Of a stretch of 64,000 bases of DNA, positions 20,260 to 27,681 are shown in pieces (the first letter of the stretch is position 1; every line of letters starts with the position of its first letter). Source of the DNA: Candidatus Saccharimonadales bacterium (GTDB lineage Bacteria; Patescibacteriota; Saccharimonadia; Saccharimonadales; 2-12-FULL-41-12); the NCBI GenBank assembly GCA_036276755.1, contig DASUOG010000011.1, positions 3,125 through 67,124 of the forward strand. Direction: 5' to 3'. The translations under genes were made by a program, and so were the position numbers. Below the pieces are notes generated by a model. That model worked only from the letters and a program-made list of their open reading frames with translations. It was not told the DNA's origin and did not search any database.

Positions 20260-20288
20260 ACTATAATACTTATTATGCTCAAAGTCAA
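20260..20288 (-). promoter_or_regulatory. candidate sigma-70 promoter TTGACT-N17-TATAGT for the his leader
   Basis: Read on the minus strand: TTGACT at 20288..20283 and TATAGT at 20265..20260. Confidence 0.5.
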
Positions 20289-20344
20289 TTATAGTTCTAT
20301 AAAATATAATGTACTTTTGCGTAAATTTATTATATATTATAAAA

Positions 20345-21037
20345 ATGTCTCAGGTATCTAAAGCAGAGTTGTATACAGCTTCGTTTGAAATAACCGCAAA
20401 ACATGAAGAACACGGCTTTGACCGGCGCCCGGAAGAAGCATTTGACCTGGATAGGGAGCCAGTTATGATTACCGGAGTTTATATGACCGGCGATGCCGAA
20501 GACCCGCCCTTAAACCAAGTCGGGCTGCTGCGCGAAGACTTGGCAAGACCGGGCATACAATCAGCTCTTTTCGTTCATGCAGCTAGCGAACTAGCTCTTA
20601 AGAATCTACCTTTTATTCCTGATCAAGAGATGAAAGGGATATGCAAACAAATAGCAGAAGCCGTAGATGAAATGGAAGAGCCTTCCGAAGGCGGAGGTTT
20701 CGCGATAATAGCTTTATATGCTATCTACAACGTACACAATCATCCAATACCACACACTTTTGTCTCTAGAAAATTCGTAGATGTGTTAAGTAAGAAGACA
20801 GAGTTGCCTACACCTACCGAGGATGAAATGAGGCGACTTTATTCAATCCAAGCCGAGCATAATTCCGATATAGAACCGTTTGAGGAATATGTTGCGGCAA
20901 TAGAAGAAGTGCTCGCCCAAGCCGGTTCTGACGAACAGGCAAACAGGGTCCTTGCTGAGAATTACTTGAATTTCCTTGTGGTGCCGAGAACCGACATGCA
21001 TCCCGTAATAGCCTCTGCACTTTTTAGCGAGAGATAG
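20345..21037 (+). CDS. hypothetical 230-aa acidic protein (orphan plus-strand gene)
   Basis: I placed the start at MSQVSK (ATG 20345) after a very AT-rich upstream region. The track start at 20309 lies inside that AT-rich region. No recognisable domain. Confidence 0.7.
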   Translation: MSQVSKAELYTASFEITAKHEEHGFDRRPEEAFDLDREPVMITGVYMTGDAEDPPLNQVGLLREDLARPGIQSALFVHAASELALKNLPFIPDQEMKGICKQIAEAVDEMEEPSEGGGFAIIALYAIYNVHNHPIPHTFVSRKFVDVLSKKTELPTPTEDEMRRLYSIQAEHNSDIEPFEEYVAAIEEVLAQAGSDEQANRVLAENYLNFLVVPRTDMHPVIASALFSER

Positions 21038-21140
21038 GGCAGCGCTCCGGTTTAGCCGTGTGGCTCTAACCGTTCGGAAGTAAAGGGACCGCGCGCAAAA
21101 TGAGTAATATGTTGTGGGTAGTAGGAAAGGGTCATGCATG

Positions 21141-21170
21141 AAAAAACATCAGAGACAATCTGATGTTTTT
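21141..21170. terminator. bidirectional rho-independent terminator
   Basis: AAAA-AACATCAGA-gacaa-TCTGATGTT-TTT: a perfect 9-bp stem with an A-run on one side and a T-run on the other. It lies between the plus-strand orphan gene and the 3' end of tRNA-Leu. Confidence 0.7.
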
Positions 21171-21172
21171 CA

Positions 21173-21257
21173 TGGTGGGCGAGAAAGGACTTGAACCTTC
21201 ACGCCTTGCGGCACTAGTTCCTAAGACTAGCGTGTCTACCAATTCCACCACTCGCCC
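21173..21257 (-). tRNA. tRNA-Leu, anticodon UAG, class II long variable arm, encoded CCA
   Basis: The reverse complement reads GGGCGAG-TG-GTGGAATTGGTAGACAC-G-CTAGT-CTTAGGA-ACTAG-TGCCGCAAGGCGT-GAAGGTTCAAGTCCTTC-T-CTCGCCC-A-CCA. It has a 7-bp acceptor stem, the GTTCAAGTC T-loop, and the anticodon loop CT-TAG-GA. Confidence 0.93.
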
Positions 21258-21287
21258 ATTTATTAAGTTCCTTCAATATACCATAAA

Positions 21288-22415
21288 TCAAGCTACGAAT
21301 TCGGCCGGGTCTTGAAACACACGGAGCACGGAATTGCCCAAAAAAATGAATTTGCCTTCCGGAATCAATCTTTCGACCAGGCTTTTGGCCCGGTCCATGG
21401 TGCTTTTGTCCATAACTACAGCTACTCCTACGCGTGACACAGGACTATCATCGTCATCTGCCGGTTCATAGCCGGTTGCTCCTAAAAGACGAGCCCTCTG
21501 CTCTTCCGCCTTGTCGGTATAGTGCTTACCCAGCTTGAGAGCTACTACATCCACATCCTCGCCTTTTCGCTGGGCTTCAAACGTGTCAGTACCGATAACT
21601 TGCGCCGCCATCATCCGCGGGAGGGACCACATCGCTTGACCCAGCGGTTTTCTGATTCTATCGAATCTCTGGCTGGTTTCGTCAAGCATATGATTTCCTT
21701 CACCAGCCGTTATGAGCGATGAGCCCGGCCTTTTAACAGGGATTACTCTGTTGCCGAAAGCTCCTTCGAGCACAGAGGCAAAATCGGCCTCTGCAGGCAG
21801 TCCGTAAGGAACCCCTCTTTCAACCATAAAGCCAAGTGGCTCGCTTAAGGCAAGTTCGCCGAGATTTAACGCAAGCGGTCGCCTAAGCGAATTGTTGATA
21901 TTGTTGGCGATATAACGAGCGTAAAGCGGGTCGTCTGTCCGGGCCAGACTGAGATGGGCACCGGAATATTTGTTCTCGTTAGGAATTCCCAAACGGTTTC
22001 TGAGCTTAGATGCTTCCCGCCTGGTAATTTTCTGCCCGGCCGTATCCAAATTAAATCCGATAAAATAATTCGAATCATGCTGTGGGAAAACGTCCGCTTC
22101 GGCCGTACTGCATGCCCGGGATTCAGGAAACTCAAAATGTGCGATAGCTTCGTTAACCAGATCCCTGGTGGCAAGGTAATTTCTGCCAGGTGTATGCATA
22201 GCGTGGGTCAATAAGGTATCAGTCCTGGTCAATACGGTAATGTGAGGTTTGACAACCTTCAAGTTACCGAAGGAATCCAGTACTTCCTGCAAGTAGGCTA
22301 TGTCCGCTTCGGCATTGCTCTCATCAAAGTCGGCAAGTCGTTCAGCAATAAACGGTCCATCATAAAGGGCAAGTTCTTCTTTATACAGACCGGAATCAAT
22401 TTCGCCCACTGGCAT
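21288..22415 (-). CDS. hypothetical 375-aa protein with an N-terminal 2H-phosphoesterase-like domain
   Basis: It carries two H-x-[TS]-x motifs in duplicated context about 95 aa apart (KPHITVLTRTD and GAHLSLARTDD), the hallmark of the LigT/2H superfamily. The C-terminal 170 aa or so are unknown. It has its own TTGATT-N16-TATAAT promoter 9 nt from the ATG. Confidence 0.6.
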   Translation of the reverse strand: MPVGEIDSGLYKEELALYDGPFIAERLADFDESNAEADIAYLQEVLDSFGNLKVVKPHITVLTRTDTLLTHAMHTPGRNYLATRDLVNEAIAHFEFPESRACSTAEADVFPQHDSNYFIGFNLDTAGQKITRREASKLRNRLGIPNENKYSGAHLSLARTDDPLYARYIANNINNSLRRPLALNLGELALSEPLGFMVERGVPYGLPAEADFASVLEGAFGNRVIPVKRPGSSLITAGEGNHMLDETSQRFDRIRKPLGQAMWSLPRMMAAQVIGTDTFEAQRKGEDVDVVALKLGKHYTDKAEEQRARLLGATGYEPADDDDSPVSRVGVAVVMDKSTMDRAKSLVERLIPEGKFIFLGNSVLRVFQDPAEFVA

Positions 22416-22476
22416 AATTATTTTATTATATCATTTTTTTGTAAAAAATCAATCAAGGCAGGTCTCAGTTTTTGCT

Positions 22477-22968
22477 TTATTTCTGCTGTAAAGTTTCGTA
22501 GGTAAGACAGGTTTCTTGTGTACCCAGCATAAGAAAAGCCCGCGTATATGTTACGGCTTCACCTAAGACTCTGATTGTTTCACCTTTTTCAACATCGTCA
22601 AAAGATTGTGGCTCCCCCTCTTGTGAATAGGCTTTGCTTTCTATACTTTTTGATGGCAGGCCGTAGCGCCCATCTGTACATATTTTTATAGTTCCGTCCG
22701 GGTTCCTGGCTATTAAGTCCGATGCCATAAAATCGTCGCTCGGGATTCTTATCCTGTTTGGTATTAAATTAAGAGACCCAGCCTTAGGATCAATCCTTGC
22801 TACCTGGCCTACAATATCAAATTTATCAGGAGTATCAGTTTTAGATGCCAATACAATGCCACCCAGAGCCCCTATTGTTCCTACCAGAGCAAGCAAGGTG
22901 GCTAGAGTAGTAGGCTCCTTCTCTTTTTTATCGTAAAGTTTAAATTTTTCTTTCAGCTTTTCGATCAT
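22477..22968 (-). CDS. hypothetical membrane-anchored 163-aa protein
   Basis: A single N-terminal TM segment (LATLLALVGTIGALGGIVLA) followed by a soluble domain. TATAAT lies 7 nt upstream of the ATG. Confidence 0.75.
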   Translation of the reverse strand: MIEKLKEKFKLYDKKEKEPTTLATLLALVGTIGALGGIVLASKTDTPDKFDIVGQVARIDPKAGSLNLIPNRIRIPSDDFMASDLIARNPDGTIKICTDGRYGLPSKSIESKAYSQEGEPQSFDDVEKGETIRVLGEAVTYTRAFLMLGTQETCLTYETLQQK

Positions 22969-22976
22969 AATATGTA

Positions 22977-23555
22977 TTATAATATATTTTTATAGTTTTG
23001 TCTACTATACGGTTCCCTCGTCTTTGTTAAGGGTTTATAAAAAATTAACATGGAATCACCATAATTCTTCTGCTTGATTATGCTCAGTCCCTTCAGTTCA
23101 AAAGGGTGCAGCCCGCCGGGAATATTGACGACGAATATCCCGGTAGGTGCCAGATGTTTAGCTAATTTTTGGAGCAAGGTTATTTTCAGTTGATCGAACG
23201 GCGGATCACAGAGAATGAGATCGAATTTCTGCTCCGGGTTATTATCGCTCCATCCGCCAGAATTAGCTCTAACGGATTTAATCTTATCGTTAATTTTTAA
23301 TTGTTTAACGTTATCAGTGATAGTTTTAACAGCATTTTTATCAATATCTATGGACGTGGCGTGCTCTGCCCCGCGGCTGACTGCCTCAAAAGATAATGCA
23401 CCGCTGCCGGCAAACGCATCCAGTACGGTCAACCCTTCTATGTCGCCAAGCGCTGAGAAAAGACCGCCGCGGACCTTTTCGCTCATCGGATGCGTCCTGT
23501 GACCTTTCGGCGCGTCAAATCGTCTGCCTCCCAAGCTGCCGGAGATTATCCTCAT
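22977..23555 (-). CDS. rsmD: 16S rRNA (guanine966-N2)-methyltransferase
   Basis: RsmD-type N-terminus (MRIISGSLGGRRF...HPMSEKVRGGLF), SAM motif LDAFAGSGALSFEA, and DPPF. Confidence 0.9.
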   Translation of the reverse strand: MRIISGSLGGRRFDAPKGHRTHPMSEKVRGGLFSALGDIEGLTVLDAFAGSGALSFEAVSRGAEHATSIDIDKNAVKTITDNVKQLKINDKIKSVRANSGGWSDNNPEQKFDLILCDPPFDQLKITLLQKLAKHLAPTGIFVVNIPGGLHPFELKGLSIIKQKNYGDSMLIFYKPLTKTREPYSRQNYKNIL

Positions 23556-23562
23556 ATTTTTA

Positions 23563-24252
23563 CTATACGCTACTTAGCGATAAGCCGAGCGGAGAGTCCG
23601 CCGGAACCGTCAATGTCAGCTCGTCTCGCCGGGCATTGACCTCGTCTTCAACAATTTTAAGCGCGTCCGGGTCACTTGCATAAATAGGGGGTGGTGTGAA
23701 GTCAAGCCATCGTTCAGTACCGTCCACGTCAAATGCAAGCGAATTAGCCAGCACATCCGACGCTACTACTTCACCATCTTCGTTTGGAAAAGCCCTGACC
23801 AAAGCCTTCCTTGCGGATTCACTGGCGGCGGTCTCTTCAATCGGCAATTTGCCGCCATAGGTTGCGTCTTCTGTAATAAGTGCGGCCGGGTTATCGGCAT
23901 CTTCCACAGCCAATAAGATAACAAAGGCGGGCACCTTTTTCCTAAGGGACGGCGCTCTTCTGACGATCTCGTCGATGGCAGGAAGTTCATCGCGCAACTT
24001 CTCCATAGGATCACTTTTATCCCGGGGTATTTTAATCGCCAAGTCCCGGCTTATTGGGAAGCGTATGGTTCCTAATGGAGTCAAGGCTAAGCTCTGGCCC
24101 ATGCCTATCACGCCTGAACCGATGCTTTGTACTCTATAGCTGTCACTGGCTCCAAGACGTTTGCCGGGTTTACGGGAGGCTAGTTCTTGCCAGGAGCGGT
24201 TTAGATAGGCAGCCGCCTCAACGCACTTCTCCAGATATGGATATTCGGCCAT
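23563..24252 (-). CDS. hypothetical 229-aa protein between recG and rsmD
   Basis: I placed the start at MAEYPYLEK (ATG 24252), with TAATAT 7 nt upstream. The track start at 24288 would overlap recG. No recognisable domain. Confidence 0.7.
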   Translation of the reverse strand: MAEYPYLEKCVEAAAYLNRSWQELASRKPGKRLGASDSYRVQSIGSGVIGMGQSLALTPLGTIRFPISRDLAIKIPRDKSDPMEKLRDELPAIDEIVRRAPSLRKKVPAFVILLAVEDADNPAALITEDATYGGKLPIEETAASESARKALVRAFPNEDGEVVASDVLANSLAFDVDGTERWLDFTPPPIYASDPDALKIVEDEVNARRDELTLTVPADSPLGLSLSSV

Positions 24253-24284
24253 TTTATTTATATTACAATATTTTGGTAATAAAA

Positions 24285-26318
24285 TCAATTAAGGATCGTG
24301 ATTAGTCTGTTTTTGCGAACTTCGCGGGCAAGCCAAGGATAATCGGCGAGTTTGTCGCTTCGATCGAGGAATTTCTGGGCAGACGCACGGGCAGAAGCTA
24401 TTAGCTTGGTATCCGTTATATTTGCCAGTCTCAGATCCAATTCGCCATGCTGGGCGACACCGTAAACAGCTCCCGGGCCGCGTAAACGCAAATCCAGCTC
24501 GGCCAGTTCAAAGCCGTCATTTGTCCCTTCCAGCGCGCGGATCCGCTCGCTCGGCGCGCTGCTATCACTCATCAGCAAATAGCAATAGCTCTGGTGTTTA
24601 CCGCGACCGATACGCCCCCTAAGCTGGTGTACTTGAGCCAAGCCGAACCTTTCTACGCCATCGATGAGCATTATCGTCGCGTTCGGCACGTCCACGCCGA
24701 CTTCTATGACGGTAGTCGAGACCAGCACGTTTGTCTTGCCACCTACAAATCTTTGCATGATCCGCTCCTTGTCGTCAGTCTTTAGCCTGCCATGCAGCAG
24801 TTCGACTTTGCGATGCTTGAAAATTTTTGTCGAAAGCTCGCTATAAACTTCTTCGGCGGATAAATAGTGCAGTTTGTCGGATTCGGATATCAAAGGGCAG
24901 ACTACGAACATTTGCCGTCCGGCCGCGAGTTCCTTCTCGATATCAGCATACAGTTTTTGTTTGGAATTAGGAGAAACGATCTTGGTTATCGGCGGCTTTC
25001 TTCCGGGCGGCATCTCATCTATGACCGATATGTCCATCTCGCCGTAAACGGTCAGTGCCAGCGAACGGGGTATCGGCGTAGCAGTCATTGAAATCAGATG
25101 AGGTATATGGCCGGCTTTTTTAAGCAGGTGTTTCCGCTGGTCGACGCCGAACCGGTGTTGTTCATCGATAATAGCCAGTCCCAGGTTATGCATATCTACA
25201 TTTTCGCTGATTAAGGCGTGAGTACCGATGATCAGACCGGCTTTGGCAGATTTTATAGACGTTTGGGCCGTTTTTTTCTGTGCCGGTTTCATGGAGCCCA
25301 GCAAAAGGACCGTCCGATCCGCCATATCAAGCGGTTTTAGCATCTCGTGCAGATTATGGGCATGCTGGCGCGCCAATATTTCCGTCGGTGCCATAAGTGC
25401 CACCTGATACCCTTGCTTGAGCGCCATTAAGGCCGCCATAGCAGCCACGACGGTCTTGCCTGAGCCGACATCACCTTCAACCAGCCGGTTAGCCGGAATT
25501 TCTTTTTGCATGTCCATATAAATCTGCCAAACGACCTTGCGCTGCGCATTGGTCAATTTGTAGGGTAGTTTAGCTACGAACTGTTTTGCCAGCTTTTCAT
25601 CGAACGGTATTTTTATAGCCTTGGCACGAGTGTTTTCCTGCTTGTTAATCAGGGCCGCCAGGACAAGCGTAAATACTTCTTCAAAAGCCAGGCGTTCCTT
25701 AGCCTTGATTATGTCATCCAACGATTTAGGAAAATGGATACCTAGCAAAGCGGCGGCTCTGTCTATGAGCTTATGTTCCTTGATGACAAATTCAGGCAAC
25801 CCTTCCTCGATATCTCTGATATCGTCAATAAGACCGGCCAGTATCTTTCTGATGGCGGCCGACTTCAGTCCCTTTGTTTCCCGATAGATCGGTATAATAC
25901 GCGCGGTGTTGAGCGGAAAGTTCTTTGCCAGCTCCGCCCCCGGATTCATAATCGCGAAACGGCCGCGGCTTAATTCGTAATTACCGGAGATGTAGTATTT
26001 CTGCCCGGTTTTCAAAGCGGCGGGCCGGTACGGCTGGTTGAACCATACCAAACGCACGCTGTCAGTATCATCGCTGGCTACGGCTTCGGTGATGTGCATA
26101 CCGCGGCGGACATAACGGCCTCTTGCCTGTTTGATTTCGGCCTTGATGGTGACATGTCCGGGCTTCAATTTTGCTACCGGAGTTACCGTGGAGTAATCCT
26201 CATACTTGCGCGGGAAGTTCCAAATTAAATCTCTTTTCGTTTTGATCCCCAAGATTCCAAGCCTTGCCGCGACGCTATCGCCCACTCCTTTTATTTCATT
26301 GACCGGGGTCTCGTCCAT
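24285..26318 (-). CDS. recG: ATP-dependent DNA helicase RecG
   Basis: An OB-fold wedge region plus SF2 helicase motifs (GDVGSGKT, IIDEQHRFG, QLRGRIGRG). Confidence 0.96.
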   Translation of the reverse strand: MDETPVNEIKGVGDSVAARLGILGIKTKRDLIWNFPRKYEDYSTVTPVAKLKPGHVTIKAEIKQARGRYVRRGMHITEAVASDDTDSVRLVWFNQPYRPAALKTGQKYYISGNYELSRGRFAIMNPGAELAKNFPLNTARIIPIYRETKGLKSAAIRKILAGLIDDIRDIEEGLPEFVIKEHKLIDRAAALLGIHFPKSLDDIIKAKERLAFEEVFTLVLAALINKQENTRAKAIKIPFDEKLAKQFVAKLPYKLTNAQRKVVWQIYMDMQKEIPANRLVEGDVGSGKTVVAAMAALMALKQGYQVALMAPTEILARQHAHNLHEMLKPLDMADRTVLLLGSMKPAQKKTAQTSIKSAKAGLIIGTHALISENVDMHNLGLAIIDEQHRFGVDQRKHLLKKAGHIPHLISMTATPIPRSLALTVYGEMDISVIDEMPPGRKPPITKIVSPNSKQKLYADIEKELAAGRQMFVVCPLISESDKLHYLSAEEVYSELSTKIFKHRKVELLHGRLKTDDKERIMQRFVGGKTNVLVSTTVIEVGVDVPNATIMLIDGVERFGLAQVHQLRGRIGRGKHQSYCYLLMSDSSAPSERIRALEGTNDGFELAELDLRLRGPGAVYGVAQHGELDLRLANITDTKLIASARASAQKFLDRSDKLADYPWLAREVRKNRLITILN

Positions 26319-26320
26319 GA

Positions 26321-27574
26321 TCAGCCAAGTTCGATTATGGCGTATTTGTTCTTGCCTCTTTTGATAATCGCATGGCCGGCGGCGACTTCATCGGTCTTTT
26401 TAAGAGAGTAGTTTTCATCTATTGTTTTGCCATTGAGTGAAATGGCGCCTTGAGCGAACATCCGTCGGGCCTCGCTATTGGAGGTCACCAAACCCGTGGC
26501 AACCAGAACGGAGATCAAGTTCTCCCCTGTTTTAGTGTTGTATACAGGCAGAAAACCTTTCATGGTTGAGATGTCTTTGGCAGTCAGTCCGCCGTAATCG
26601 GCCGAACCGAACAGGCAAGCGTTAATACGCTCAATGGATTCGGTCTCTTCCTGACCGTGCACAAGCTTAGTAACTTCATGGGCAAGTACCTTTTGGGCTT
26701 GACGGCGGCTTGGATCTTTCTTGAATTCAGTAATTATACTTTCTACTTCATTTCTTGGCAGCAATGTATAAATTTTCAGGTAATCCGCAGCGCTGTCATC
26801 GTCAAGGTTCAGCCAGAACTGATAAAAGTCAAACGGGCCGGTCTTGTTAGCATCGAGCCAGACAGCACCTTCTTCGGTTTTGCCGAATTTTTCGCCGGTC
26901 GATTTGTTGATTACCAGCGGCGCTGACCAAATATGAGCCTCTTTGCCTTCAATACGCCGGATAAGTTCTACGCCGGCGATGCTGTTGCCCCACTGGTCGG
27001 AACCGCAGACCTGGAGCGTAACGCCCTTCTCTTTGAAAAGATGCAGGAAGTCATAGCCCTGGATAAGCGAATAACTGAATTCCGCGTAGCTGATGCCGCT
27101 GCCATCCTCGCCCAGCCGGGACTGTACGAATTCTCGTCCGAGCATCTGGCGCAACGGTACATGCTTGCCGACATCCCTTAGGAAATCTATGTATTTTATA
27201 TTCTTGAACCATTCCTGATTATCTACTATCTCGAACTTTTCGTGAGCAAAAATCGTCTTGTACTGTTTGATTATCGTTTCTTTGTTCTTCTCTATATCCT
27301 CCTTGCTTAGGAGCTGTCTTTCCTTGGTTTTGCCGTCAGGGTCACCTATCACCCCAGTGGCTCCGCCGACCAGCAATACCGCTCTGTGTCCGTGGTCGAT
27401 GAAATGTCGGACCATCATGGCGATAGCCAGATTACCTATGGTCATTGAGTCCGAGCTCGGGTCTACACCCCAGTAAAACGTGAATTTCTTTTTATCGAGT
27501 TCAGACGTGTCTCCAAGCGTAGTTTGGTGCGCAAAACCGCGCCAAATCAATTCTTCGGATAAAGCTGTAGCCAT
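26321..27574 (-). CDS. tyrS: tyrosine--tRNA ligase
   Basis: Class I TyrRS with the KMSKS-type KFGKT motif and a C-terminal S4 domain. I placed the start at MATALSEEL (ATG 27574), with TATACT 6 nt upstream. The track start at 27679 is rejected. Confidence 0.94.
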   Translation of the reverse strand: MATALSEELIWRGFAHQTTLGDTSELDKKKFTFYWGVDPSSDSMTIGNLAIAMMVRHFIDHGHRAVLLVGGATGVIGDPDGKTKERQLLSKEDIEKNKETIIKQYKTIFAHEKFEIVDNQEWFKNIKYIDFLRDVGKHVPLRQMLGREFVQSRLGEDGSGISYAEFSYSLIQGYDFLHLFKEKGVTLQVCGSDQWGNSIAGVELIRRIEGKEAHIWSAPLVINKSTGEKFGKTEEGAVWLDANKTGPFDFYQFWLNLDDDSAADYLKIYTLLPRNEVESIITEFKKDPSRRQAQKVLAHEVTKLVHGQEETESIERINACLFGSADYGGLTAKDISTMKGFLPVYNTKTGENLISVLVATGLVTSNSEARRMFAQGAISLNGKTIDENYSLKKTDEVAAGHAIIKRGKNKYAIIELG

Positions 27575-27681
27575 GACGCTAGTATAGCGAAAACTCATGT
27601 TGCGATGAACTAAAAATGCTATAATAAAGGTCTCAACTGATAATGAATTTACCGTTTTTAAGGAGTTAGTCGTAAACAAGC

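Noticed and set aside
19858-20300. A possible T-box riboswitch upstream of hisS.
   Set aside because: I found no T-box consensus (GGTGGTACCGCG or its complement) and no Stem I specifier architecture. A leader-peptide attenuator explains the terminator/antiterminator pair better.
21038-21300. A genomic island or integrative element at tRNA-Leu.
   Set aside because: There is no integrase or recombinase, I could not see a duplicated tRNA 3' segment, and there are no phage or conjugation genes nearby. Only a single orphan gene is present.
27575-27679. The ORF-track N-terminal extension of tyrS (35 extra residues).
   Set aside because: The extension runs through the divergent promoter region and is not TyrRS-like. 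The ATG at 27574 is preceded by TATACT at the spacing seen at many other genes here.
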